In this document: positions 10,270-22,337 of the stretch, piece after piece
How positions within the stretch are numbered: the stretch's first letter is position 1
Layout of the letters: the number at the start of each line of letters is the position of its first letter
Assembly: GCF_004010195.1 (NCBI RefSeq)
Contig: NC_057756.1
Span: 10,047,442-10,088,366 of the forward strand
Origin: Chiloscyllium plagiosum
Lineage: Eukaryota
Direction: 5' to 3'
Length of the DNA stretch: 40,925 bases
Made by a program: the position numbers and the translations under genes
The notes under the pieces: generated by a model
Seen by the model: the letters and a program-made list of their open reading frames with translations, nothing else
Told to the model about the DNA's origin: nothing
The model's database searches: none

Positions 10270-11660
10270 TGCTGAACGCCTCTGAAAAATTTCATTTTTC
10301 CATGGGAAATGGTATCTTTTAGCTGGGACGTAGGGAGAATTTCTATATCCAATGAATTTGAATCTTTGGAATTCTCTACCCCAGAGGATTGCGGATGTTC
10401 CATCACTGAATCTATTTAACATTGAGAGAATCTTGATCGCAAAAGAAATCAAGGGTATTGGGTAGTGTGTAGGGGAATGCTTTTGATTTAGGTGACAAAA
10501 TATATTGATGAGGGTAGTACAGTTGATGTGGTTTACATGGATTTCATTGTCTTTGACAAGGTCCCACATGGAAGGCAAGTCCAAAAAGGTAACAGAAAAG
10601 ATCTTCAGTGCCATTGGAGACCAGAAGACACAGGAACACAGAAGCAGGCTATTTGGCTCATCATATATGCTCTACCATTCAATGAGATCATGGCTGATCT
10701 AATAATCCCAATTCCATTTTCCTGCCTTATTCCATAACCCTCAATTCCCCCAATGACTAAAAATCTGTCTATCTCAGTCCTGAATCTAAAACGGAACATG
10801 AACAGCTGTCTGCAGTAAAGAATTTCACAGATCCAACACCCCTTGAAAAGAAATCCTCATCACTGTCTTAAGTGGATGACTCCTAACTGTGACCTTATAC
10901 ACTCTGGTCTTAAACATTCCCACAACTTCTCTGCACCTACCTTTTGTAAGTCTGATAAGAATATTGGATCTTTCAATATCTTATCTCTCATTTTCCTAAA
11001 TTCCAAACAATCCAAGCTGAACTGATGCATTTTCTCTTCATAAGAAAATTACTGCATACCCAAGAGCAATCTAGTGAACCGTTTCTAGACTGTCACCAAT
11101 GCCAGTACACAGGTGGCACAGTGATTAGCATTGCTGCCTCACAGTGCCAGGAATCTGGGTTCAATTCCAGCCTCAGGTGACTCTTCGTGTAGAGTTTGCA
11201 CATTCTTCCCCTGTCTGCGTGGGTTTCCTCCGGAGGCTCTGGTTTCCTCCTACAGTCCAAAGGTGTGCAGATGAGGGTGAATTGGCCATGGTAAATTGCC
11301 CATAGTGTTCACCTATGTATAGGTTAGGTGCATTAGTTAGGCATAAGTATGGGGTAGGGGGAATGGGTCTGGGTGGGTTACTCTTTGAAGGGTCAATGTG
11401 GACTTGTTAGGCCTAAAGGACCTATTTCCAGACTATAGGGATTCTGTGATCTGAATAAGGGGACCAAAACTGTTCATCGTATTCCAGCTGTGGTCTGATG
11501 AGTGTGTTGCACAGCTTTAGTGAGACTTCTCTATACTCCGTTCACTTTGAAATACTGGTTGATATTCCATTTGCCTTCCCTATTATTCACATAGATGTTA
11601 ATTTACTGTGATTCATGCACTCAGACTCCCAAATCCTTGTGCTGCAGCTTTCTGCAGTCT
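10270..11660. mobile_element. Cluster of degenerate CR1 fragments in both orientations, interrupted by a SINE
   Basis: VTKYIDEGSTVDVVYMDF..FDKVPH on the plus strand; CR1 3'-end-like sequence on the minus strand. Confidence 0.7.
11111..11450 (+). mobile_element. tRNA-derived SINE (HE1/V-SINE-like)
   Basis: A box TGGCACAGTGA, B box GGTTCAATTCC, core gagtttgcacattct...gggtttcctccgg. Confidence 0.85.
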
Positions 11661-12829
11661 CTTTCCCCCCCACCCCCATCTAAAGAATATTTGAGAGCAT
11701 GCAAAGCAATAAGCAATGCTCAAATAGTAGGATGAGGAAGAAAGCATGCTGCTTTCACAAGTAGTGCAAAGCTGAGGATAAATTAAAGCACAAGTAGTCA
11801 ACACACATGAGCACAACCTTACCAGTGGATTAATAATTGTCTGTCTTCAACCATATTCAAGATAAAAAAAATTAAATAAATACTTAGGTAATGTTTCTTA
11901 TTTGATTGGCTTGGACTCAAAGAGCCAAAAGGGATCTTTTTCTATGTTACTCACCTCTATGACTCCAAACCCAAGCTGTTTAAAGGGACTTTCAGAACTC
12001 ACGTTGTCAGAAACAGAATTAAAGTCAAGTCTTCAATGTGGAGATCTCCAAATCTTTCACACCCAACAAGAACACACTGTGGGAGAACAAGTACTTCTAA
12101 ACCACCTGAATTTGTGAATTCAGAGTCTTGGGAAGAGATACAGAATGGAAATAGTAATTATGTACATGAAAGTGTAAATATCATAATGGAAGAAAACCTT
12201 GGTCCAAGAGAAATTTGTGTAAGGGTTCTAAGGCCATTAGCGTCACCCAACTGGGTACCACAGACCTATCTAAAAGAGGATAGTGGCAGCAAATCTATGT
12301 TATACTGCACAATGATGCAGAGAGTTTGTAAAACATGATGAGCAGCAGGATTCATTCCTAATACAACAACTGGGTTCCCCTCTTTTTAAGTTCTGTCCCA
12401 CCACTGCTCTTTTCACACTCCCTCTCTGCACATTCTCTGTACGCTCATCTTCTCACATTGTCTCACTCCTCACACTATATTCTCTCTTCACATTATATTT
12501 CTGTTTCTGTTAGGATAAGGAACAGACTGAAGGATGTGAGGAATGTCAGTTCAGCTGTGATCTTATTGAATGGTGGAGCAGGATCAAGGGGCCAAAAAGC
12601 CTACTCCTGTTCCTATTTCATATGGTCTTATGGGCTACCGCTGACCTCAATAGTTCAATCATGAGTTGTCGGTTATGACCACCCTTTAATGAATGGGATG
12701 GTTGCACTGTTAGATGTTAGCATGAATAGAAATGGATATATAAACAGGACGACAGTAAGATGTATTAATTAAAACAGAAAATGCTGTAAAGAAAATCAGC
12801 TGAATAACCGGCTGTTGTGGATGCAAACC

Positions 12830-13088
12830 CCTACAGTGCGGAAGCCCACACTGACCCTCTGAAGAACATCCCACCCAGATCCCTACCCGTAACCCCACAT
12901 TTCCCATGGCCAATCCACCCTGGCAATTTAGCATGGCCAATCCATCTAACCCACATATTTTTGGACTATGGGAGGAAACTGGAGCACCAGGAGGAAATCT
13001 ACGCAGACACGGGAATATGCGCAAACTCCACACAGTCAGTCGCCCAAGGGTGGAATCGAACCCAGATCCCTGGCGCTGTGAGGCAGCC
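12830..13088 (-). mobile_element. tRNA-derived SINE (HE1/V-SINE-like), 5'-clipped
   Basis: Reverse complement of the 11111 copy; B box GGTTCGATTCC. Confidence 0.85.
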
Positions 13089-13975
13089 GTGATGTAATTT
13101 ACAGGAAAATCTAAAAGGAACATCACACAACACAAAAGGAAAGGTTGCATTCTCCACCTTCCTATTTCTGCCCAGCTATTAGTCTTCTATAAGTCATGCC
13201 TTTTAAGGACTTATGCAGTGAAAATGAATTGAAAAATCAATGTGACCATAACTGCAGTCATTGTACACTTCCTGTTAAAATTCCCGTGTAGAAGAATACA
13301 AAACGAAGAAGGGTCACTCGCCTCAGAACGTTAACTTTGCTTTTTCTCTACACATGATGCTAGACCAGTTGAGTTTCTCCAAGAAAACATTGTTTTTAAA
13401 CCAACGACCAAGTCTTTGACCTCCACTCGGTGAAGGAACATTGAACAGCAGCTACATTATTGTCATTGGTATCACCACCTGAAGACTATATTATCCATAG
13501 TTTATAAGTGTCATTATCGACGAAAATATTTTTATTTCCAGAATATTAATTTAATTGGATCTAAGCGGTATAATTCAGGAGAAATATACATCTGTATAAT
13601 CATCAATCTTCTTCAATGGCTATGCAGAAGCAATGGTTAAAGGATGGTAACAGGATAGCAAAAGGAGGGGAGGCATGAGTAACTCTGGAAGGTAAGTGGA
13701 ACAGAAATCATGGAGAGCATCCCTAGACCAAAGAGAAGCTCAAAGACAGCAGTGAAAATCTCCAACTACCATGATGGTCTTCCCTGTGATGTAGGCTGTG
13801 TCTTGTCGACAGAGGAAGGAAACAGAACCTGCAGACTCCTCAGGTTCGTTAATCCCATGCATAGCGACGGTTTCATCAAGCCATTGGTACGAGGTATTGT
13901 TCTGACAACACAATGACGCTGAAGTGGGTCCTGATGAGATCTGAGGTCCAGGCAGTTGACCAAGATATTGGTAGA

Positions 13976-14203
13976 AGAAAGTGGGGACTGCAGATGCTGG
14001 CGATCAGAGTCGAGAGTGTGGTGCTGGAAAAGCACAGCAGGTCAGGCAGCATCTGAGGAGCAGGAGAATCGATGTTTCGGGCATTAGCCCTTCATTTGGG
14101 CATAAGCCCTTCATCAGGAAGGGCTTATGCTCGAAGCGTTGATTCTCATGCTCCTCAGATGCTGCCTGACCTGCTGTGCTTTTCCAGCACCATGCTCTCG
14201 ACT
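13976..14203. mobile_element. Penelope-derived hairpin pLTR insertion with 14-bp TSD
   Basis: Inverted arms; AAGATATTGGTAGA duplicated at 13962-13975 and 14204-14217. Confidence 0.85.
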
Positions 14204-14755
14204 AAGATATTGGTAGAGGCCAGTTTACCTGGCAGTACCTTGATCAGGACTAACAGAGCCGTTTTAATGACATTGTTAGGACACGATGGTGGGCAAGATG
14301 TAAGAAGTAGTGCCTGAGTCCACCAGCTCCACAGATCCATTGCCTCGTTGATCTATGTGTGGCACAACCAGCTTGGCCAGGAGGAAGGTTGCTTTAGTGT
14401 TGATCTTAGATTTTGCCCCAAGCTCCCTCTGAGCAATCCAACAGCCTCCAACGAAGGGGTTGACATCAGTGCTGGTCACCAGGATGTTGATGGCTTCATG
14501 CCATTTCCAGCACAAGCCCCTTACAGTTCACCCTCTTGCCCACATGGCAGATGGTGCTTGAAACACACAGAAGTTCAGCCTACAGCTGTTCCAGGGCACT
14601 GTCCACATTGGCCTTCTTATGTCTACTCATCTCGATATGGGCACCATGCGATGGCCAGCCTGATCCCCTGGTTAGAAACAACGACTACATGCACTTTGCC
14701 CCTCAGTGAGCCCAGTTCCATGGTGTCAGGAAATGGGTCTTGAACTGACTCCTTC

Positions 14756-15407
14756 TGTAAGAGATGGGGAAGTGTGTTGTTTTCGCAAAAAGGTAGTGAT
14801 AATAAGCTTAAGTATAATGCTGATAAATCGAGTGTAAAGGGCAGCTGCAGACAATGATTAAATCAGCAAGCACTAGGGAAATGTATAATTGGGTACCCAC
14901 TTTAATGCATAATTATTCTAGTAAATAATTTCTTTCATCATGATAGTTTAAAAAAATTAGTCTCAGCAAAATAGCTGAGATAGCTGAAACACATAAACTA
15001 GGCAAGAAAAGACACATTGTTAAAATGTATATTCAGGAATGGAATGTACCTATGAACAATGGAAGATGTTACAAGCAAACAGATAAACTGAAAGGAACAT
15101 CAAGATCCAAGTTTAGCAAAATCTTCCTTATGTCAGCACTTACAGAGGGAAGGGTCGCCAACTTGGAGAAGGGGGGGAAATAATAAGAACGGATCGCAAG
15201 TTAGTTAGAGAATAAAGTTGATTGGGTAATGTAGGAGTCAGAAGAGGTGACCTCACGCAGCTCAAAAGTATAACTGTGTACTAGTTTGAATGTTCATTGC
15301 TCATTTGCTTCTGCATTTGATGACCTTTCTTGCAAGATCGTAGAATAAATTGTCTTGTTTCCAGTTTTGGTGGTCTCGTTTAAATTTTATTAAATTTGTT
15401 TCTAACA
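14756..15407 (+). mobile_element. Solo LTR
   Basis: TGT...ACA termini, 4-bp TSD CTTC (14752-14755, 15408-15411), AATAAA near 15344. Confidence 0.75.
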
Positions 15408-15701
15408 CTTCTGGTCAAGTGTTGACCCCCTTCCCTCAGGATATTCGAAGGGTCTCCAGACACAACCGTCTCTTTCCCGCTCCATCGAAGGTACCAGCCC
15501 GTTTCCTCGCTGTCAATCACCCGCATGGACCTGCAATTGGTTGAGGGGGGGTAGAGGCCCCACCCATTACTGCACGAGGACCTGCTGTTATTGGCCTCAT
15601 TAGAATAACGGTCATCTCATTACCATAATAGTCACCTCATTAGAATAACGATCACGGTCAGAAATTGAGGTAAAAACAGTTCAATGTTTGGGCTTGATAA
15701 T

Positions 15702-16338
15702 TGTAAGAAACAAACTTAATAAAATTTAGACAAGACCACCAAAACTGGAAACAAGACAATTTATTACAAACTTGCAAGTAAGGGCATCAATTGCAGAAGC
15801 AAATGAGCAAAGAGAATTCAAAGTACTACACAGTTATACCTTTGAGTTGCGTGAGGTCATCTCTCCCGATTCCTACATTACCCAATCTTTCTTAGTATTC
15901 TGCCATTGCCCAGCTATGCTCCACTCTTATTGCCCCCTTCTCTCTAAGTTGGCAACCTTTCCCTCTGTAAGTGCTGACACAAGGCTAAACTTGTATCTTG
16001 ATGTTCCTTCTTCACTTTACTTGTAACATCTTCCATTGTCCATAGGTACATTCCATTCCTGAACATACGTTTAAACAATGTATCTTTTAGTGCTTAGTCT
16101 ATGCCTTTCAGCTATCTCAACTATTTTGCTGAGACTATTCTTTCAAACGTTATGAAGAAATTATTTACATTAATAATTCTGCAGTAAAGTTAGTATTCAA
16201 TTATCCACAATTATACATTAAGGATTAAGAAACATTTCTCTAATGCTTGCTTAGCTGATTTTTTTTACCTCGTTTCTGCACATACACACTCTTGCTTTTC
16301 TATATCTGCAAAAACAACACACTTCCCCATTTCTTACA
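15702..16338 (-). mobile_element. Solo LTR of the same family, inverted
   Basis: Diverged reverse complement of 14756-15407 along its length; TGT...ACA termini; no clear TSD. Confidence 0.75.
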
Positions 16339-17051
16339 ACTCACCCATTTTCTTTTTTTTAACATTTGTTGTTTTTGCAATTTTATTTTCTGCCCTCTTT
16401 TCACCCTATGGTTCCGAGGTTCACAATCTTGTTATTTCTGTCCTTCTAAGTCTGTCTTTTTCAAACTCTAAGAGTAATCTCGACTCTCCCTTTCTTGCGC
16501 TTGTGCTATTGTCATGACCATTATTGATTGTTGTCCTCCCAAAGACATTACCAGCTTAGTCAATATCCACTTTAACACATTAAATCCTATCAGTTGACCT
16601 ACAATTATTAGTAATACATAAATGCCTAAATTAACTAACCATTTTCCCCAACTGGTCAGTCTTCAGTCACCCCATCCCCATCCTTCATCTTTTCGGAGTT
16701 CATCCCCAATTTCTCTTACATTGCTTATCTTTTTCTTTACTATTTCTGCCTTATCTTCCAGTATGGCAGAGGAAGTCAAATAATAAATTCAGTGATGGGA
16801 AGAAAAACAGTTTTTACGTTTCATCAAAATACACAAGAGCGGTTCCACTGTCACCAACTGATAAGTGTGGACGGGAACTATTCTGTTACCATCTCAACAT
16901 CTGATCCAAATAAGATATATTTATGTGTCATGTGACCCACCTACAAATGGCACACTTTCTGTGCAACTTGTAAAACATGAAATTTGATGACAATCAAATC
17001 TATTGGACCAAATTTTCCTTTTTCAAAATGGACACCCGACAAGTTTCAAAG

Positions 17052-17290
17052 GCAAAAACAACGATTGCAGATGCTGGAAACCAGATTCTGGATTAGAGTG
17101 GCGCTGGAAAAGCACAGCAGTTCAGAAAGCATCCGAGGATCGGCAAAAGCCCTTCATCAGGAATACAGGCAGGGAGCCTGAAGGGTAGAGAGATAAATGT
17201 GGGGGTGGGGAGAAAGTAGCATGTTTTGTGGTGGAGGGGATGAAGGTGATAGGTCAGAGAGGAGGGTAGCAAAGAGTAACAATGAGTGAA
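17052..17290 (-). mobile_element. Penelope pLTR fragment
   Basis: Same family as 4968-5165 and 20108-20270. Confidence 0.75.
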
Positions 17291-19092
17291 TGGGGGTGGT
17301 GATGGAGATGATAGGTCAGGGGGAAGAGAAAAATAAATTGCAGATGGTAACTATTGCTGTTCTCATTCCTTGTTACAGTCCAAATGACATTTCTGACTCG
17401 AATGGGTCATTCTCCAACAAAAATGATGATTGACTCAAAGTGAATGTAATCAAACAATGATCCAGGATGGGGGTTGCAGGGAGAGGCATATTTGGAAGAA
17501 GACTTGAAACTACGAAAAGCCATATGGTAAGGAAGTCATGTTTATTTGTTTTATTTAATAAGTTGGAAAGGAACTATCTTCAAACATAGTTTATCAGGAA
17601 CAACTTGAAGATGCAAGCAGCCTAGGGAGCAAAATCTGTAATGGAGAGCTGGAGGCTATCGGGTAAGGTGAGATTTATATGTATTTATTTTAGAGTTTGA
17701 AATTTGATTTAGTGGAGGTGGGTTTGGGATCTGTGTGTGTCATGGCTTTTGATGATCAATTTGTAATGCTTTCTGGAGCCATGGTTTGTTTAGAAATAAA
17801 CTTTGGGTGTAAACCTGGCTATAAAAATGGACAGTAAAAGTACCTTAAGGTCTACAAAAGGAATGGCAAGGCCATAGTGAAACGAGGCCACTTTGAGAAT
17901 GAGGCTGAGGAAATAGTAATGAGGAACGGTCAGGGAGTTGAATAAATACTTTGCATCTGTTTGGTCAGTGACAGTGGGTGACCATATCGGGGAAAGTGAC
18001 CACAATTTGGGTACATTTAGCCTATGGAAAAGCTTTAAGACATTGTGAGATTGCAAAAGGTGCTATTTTGATGCCGATTTCTTGCTTGTCAGGGGCTAAA
18101 GTTTCCCAGCCCCTGAACAACTTGCCAATGGCAGGTGATTTGGGAGAAGATGGTAGAATCAGAAAAATGAGATTTTTGTCAAAGAAAGAAGTGCGGGTGA
18201 ATAGGATTATTGTGTTTGATGGTTGACAAAGACATGGTAAGCTGAAAGGTCTGGTTGTCTGCTGTACGATTCTATGACTCTGAGATGAACCATGATTGTG
18301 TTGAATAGTTGGATAAATTTGAGGGGTCGTACAGTTTACTCTTTCTGTTATTTCTCAGGCTTTTGCATTGTGACAACATTCATAATTTATATTAGTCAGA
18401 TGAAGATGTTTCAAAAATGGAAAGTTGTGCAATGCTGTCGTGAATAAGAATAATATATTTCCTCAGAGTTAAAGCAATTTTATCAAAAAGCAATTGCCAG
18501 CACGTACTCATCCTTTACTCCAGGAGATTGGCTTCCCCTCCTAAAATGGCAAAATCAAAGGCAAAGTTGACAATAAAACCCTTAACCATGAACAAAAAAA
18601 AATTGTTGATAAGAGATTTCATGTAGTCTCGGAAGGATAAAGCAAATAAGTCTTGACGCTCATGCACATCATACAAGATAAACAACATTTGATCGTAACG
18701 TGCATTTTCAATAACTCAATCACTTCCCAGTTGAGGAAACATATGCTCTTCCCACTGGAGTGCAGCAATTGAATTAAGTCTTTTGGATGATGGTTGTCTA
18801 CTTCAGGAGATGTAAACCCACATTCAATACCTTCTCAGCTTGCACCACCTTTTGCTACAGTTTTGCACCTTTTGTAAGTCTAAACATTCTCATATGCTTT
18901 GCAATAATTAAGCAGGTGATGAATTTAGAATTTTCAAACACTCATAAGGAACAGCTTTTTCTTATCCAGTGCATATTGACAAAAACAAGTTTAGATTCTG
19001 TTCATCTTTCTAAATACATGATTTTTATTCTTTAATTACAGAAAAACTGTTACAGTGATGTTATGGACCAGACCAAACCCCTTCAAAACATA

Positions 19093-20270
19093 TTCTGGAT
19101 TAGTGGTGCTGGAAGAGCACAGCAGTTCAGGCAGCATCCGAGGACAGGCAAAATTGACGTTTCGGGCAAAANNNNNNNNNNNNNNNNNNNNNNNNNNNNN
19201 NNNNNNNNNNNNNNNNNNNNNNNNNNNNNNNNNNNNNNNNNNNNNNNNNNNNNNNNNNNNNNNNNNNNNNNNNNNNNNNNNNNNNNNNNNNNNNNNNNNN
19301 NNNNNNNNNNNNNNNNNNNNNNNNNNNNNNNNNNNNNNNNNNNNNNNNNNNNNNNNNNNNNNNNNNNNNNNNNNNNNNNNNNNNNNNNNNNNNNNNNNNN
19401 NNNNNNNNNNNNNNNNNNNNNNNNNNNNNNNNNNNNNNNNNNNNNNNNNNNNNNNNNNNNNNNNNNNNNNNNNNNNNNNNNNNNNNNNNNNNNNNNNNNN
19501 NNNNNNNNNNNNNNNNNNNNNNNNNNNNNNNNNNNNNNNNNNNNNNNNNNNNNNNNNNNNNNNNNNNNNNNNNNNNNNNNNNNNNNNNNNNNNNNNNNNN
19601 NNNNNNNNNNNNNNNNNNNNNNNNNNNNNNNNNNNNNNNNNNNNNNNNNNNNNNNNNNNNNNNNNNNNNNNNNNNNNNNNNNNNNNNNNNNNNNNNNNNN
19701 NNNNNNNNNNNNNNNNNNNNNNNNNNNNNNNNNNNNNNNNNNNNNNNNNNNNNNNNNNNNNNNNNNNNNNNNNNNNNNNNNNNNNNNNNNNNNNNNNNNN
19801 NNNNNNNNNNNNNNNNNNNNNNNNNNNNNNNNNNNNNNNNNNNNNNNNNNNNNNNNNNNNNNNNNNNNNNNNNNNNNNNNNNNNNNNNNNNNNNNNNNNN
19901 NNNNNNNNNNNNNNNNNNNNNNNNNNNNNNNNNNNNNNNNNNNNNNNNNNNNNNNNNNNNNNNNNNNNNNNNNNNNNNNNNNNNNNNNNNNNNNNNNNNN
20001 NNNNNNNNNNNNNNNNNNNNNNNNNNNNNNNNNNNNNNNNNNNNNNNNNNNNNNNNNNNNNNNNNNNNNNNNNNNNNNNNNNNNNNNNNNNNNNNNNNNN
20101 NNNNNNNAGCTTATCTCTCCACCCTTCAGGCTCTCTGCCTTTATTCCTGATGAAGGGCTTTTGCCCGAAACGTCAATTTTGCCTGTCCTCGGATGCTGCC
20201 TGAACTGCTGTGCTCTTCCAGCACCACTAATCCAGAATCTGGTTTCCAGCATCTGCAGTCATTGTTTTTA
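19093..20270. mobile_element. Young Penelope-like insertion with inverted pLTRs, interior in an assembly gap, inserted in an LTR-like sequence starting about 19059
   Basis: Ends are perfect reverse complements over about 78 bp; TSD CCCCTTCAAA(A/T)CATA at 19078-19092 and 20271-20285. Confidence 0.85.
20147..20174 (+). ncRNA. Minimal hammerhead ribozyme motif in a Penelope pLTR
   Basis: CTGATGA-a-GGGC-TTTT-GCCC-GAAA-CGTC. Confidence 0.65.
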
Positions 20271-22019
20271 CCCCTTCAAATCATAGCGAATCCTCTCTCT
20301 CTTATCCTTTTTAAAAGGCAAGTGTAAGGCACTGCATTTCAGATGTGATTTGTTTAGTCAAACTGCTAGGTTTTAAGCAAAATAAAATTTATCCTTACAC
20401 TACAGTTAAAATACAAAGAAGAATTGGCATAACTTTAATTATATCAAAATAGTTAACAAATGTAATAGATGATTTAACTATTAGTTATCAACTGATCCAA
20501 TATGTCAGCATCCCATAAACAATGCCTTGTCAAAGGCAAATTCAGCAAAACCGATTTCCCTCATTTCCTATCTCCTCCAGTCCAGGAGAAGGAACACTGT
20601 CAGAAAGAATCTAGCAGCAGAGAGAGAGTTGTGGCTGGTAGTTTCAACTCCAACAATCCCAACGTCAATAGCTGAAAGCAAAACTAAAATCCAGGGTTGT
20701 TTGAGCCTGACTCCACACACACACACACACATTCATTTTTAAACATAAAAAAAATGCTCCTGACTTTGCTTTTCCAAGCAGCAGAAACCTTGGCACCAGA
20801 TTTACAATACCCCTCTTAAAGAGAAAGAGGACAGAACCAATCCCTCTTAAATGTACAACGATACTAATTGAACTGAAAACTTTTTGCTGGACTCTGCCAG
20901 TAGAATCATGGAACAATTGTAGCACTGGAGGCCACTGGATCTACTGTGTCCATACTGCAATGAAAATCATAGGAGATAATATGTTTGTGACAAAACTTCA
21001 TTGACTTGATTGCAGCATTGAGTTTACCTTACCATTAAACATGCTTTGTATCCATCCAACTGGTACCAGGTATTGCTTTTATAATTAACATTTTATGCTT
21101 TACAAAGAATGAAAATAAAATAGAGAACAAAACACATCTAAACTATTTATTACATAAGACTACCAAACTTGTGACACCATTATAAGATGACACTCCTAGG
21201 CTGCCCTCACAGTCATATACTATTTTGACTTGGAAATATCAATGTTCCTTCACCGCTGCCAGGTCAAAAATGTGGAACACTCTCGCCTTCCCAAAAGGCA
21301 GTGCAGGTCTTCCTATCACAGTGGTTCAAGAAGGCAGCCCATCATCACCTTCTCAAGGCAACAAGGGATGGGAAACAAATACTGGCCTGGTCAGTGATAC
21401 TCACGTGAGGAATCATGAAATCAGGGGAAAATTAGACACCTGGAGCAGGGTATGATTTTGATACCACAAAAGATATAACTGATATTCGTATGTCTTGAAA
21501 ATTGACCTGATGAATGCAAGGGACAAGGTTCAGCAAAGTTTGCCTTTTTTTCAAGCAGTGCTAAATAAGCAGAAGACGTTTCCAGTGGAAAAATGGTTGC
21601 TACCTAGACAGTTGTAGATGTAACAACGAGAGGGGGAAATGAGAATGTTTTGTTTGTTTACTTTACATAATGAGTTGCTGTGATCTGGAATACAGTGCGT
21701 GCACGAGTGGTGGAAGCAGATACATGAGGAGCGTTCAAAGGTGAATTTGATAAATACTTGGATAATAAACATATGCAAGGTTATGGGGAAGAGGCAGTTG
21801 GGAGTGGAGTTGATTGAATGGATCTTTCAACGCGCCAGCACATACAAGGGGGCTGAATGGTCTTTTTCAATGCTAACTGATTCTGTGACTGCAGCCACTG
21901 TGGATCTTTATCAAACAAGAATATATAGAGTACTTATACATTAGGCCTTCAAATGCCAACCATCTTTAAATGCTGGGAAATTCTAATAATTCACAACAGT
22001 CCGATAGCTTTTGTCAAGG

Positions 22020-22182
22020 GAGCAACAGAGTAAACGTTTTTGAGTCAAGGAGGAGAACTGGAGGTTCTGAAGAATAGTCCTTCTGGACCTGAAATATGTC
22101 TTTACAGATGCTGCTGTCAGTGTTCCCAGCATTTTTCTGTTTTCATTTCAAATTTCCAGCCTCTGCAGTATTTTGCCTTTTA
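22020..22182 (+). mobile_element. Old Penelope-derived short repeat overlapping the IFI44L-like stop codon
   Basis: cagcatttttctgttttcatttcaaatttccagcctctgcagtattttgc resembles the reverse complement of 9010-9090; degenerate CTGAAGA..GTCC-TTCT-GGAC..GAAA. Confidence 0.55.
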
Positions 22183-22337
22183 AGTTTAATAGATGGGTCT
22201 ATGTTTTTGACTATATTTTTCAGAGCGTACAAAGCAAGAATACATTTTGTCTTCTCAATCTTATCACCTTTCCACTCATTCGAAATAGCAAACATGGTGC
22301 GTTTTTTCATCCCAGTATAATCCGACAACATTGCAAA
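22143..22337 (-). CDS. IFI44L-like terminal exon (FAMLSDYTGMKKRTMFAISNEW...ILALYALKNIVKNID...NLK*)
   Basis: Strong acceptor ctccctttctctttcctag, phase 0, ends in TGA; resembles the IFI44 C-terminal helix. Confidence 0.82.
   Translation of the reverse strand, partial: FAMLSDYTGMKKRTMFAISNEWKGDKIEKTKCILALYALKNIVKNIDPSIKLKRQNTAEAGNLK

Noticed and set aside
11111..11180. tRNA gene
   Set aside because: It is the tRNA-derived head of a SINE, followed by SINE core and tail
18500..18850. Possible small minus-strand exons (33 nt near 18508-18540; open stretch EGIECGFTSPEVDNHHPKDLIQ)
   Set aside because: No recognisable product, weak donors, and not linkable to a gene model
19055..20286. Long ORFs of 382-407 aa
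   Set aside because: Artefacts of the N gap
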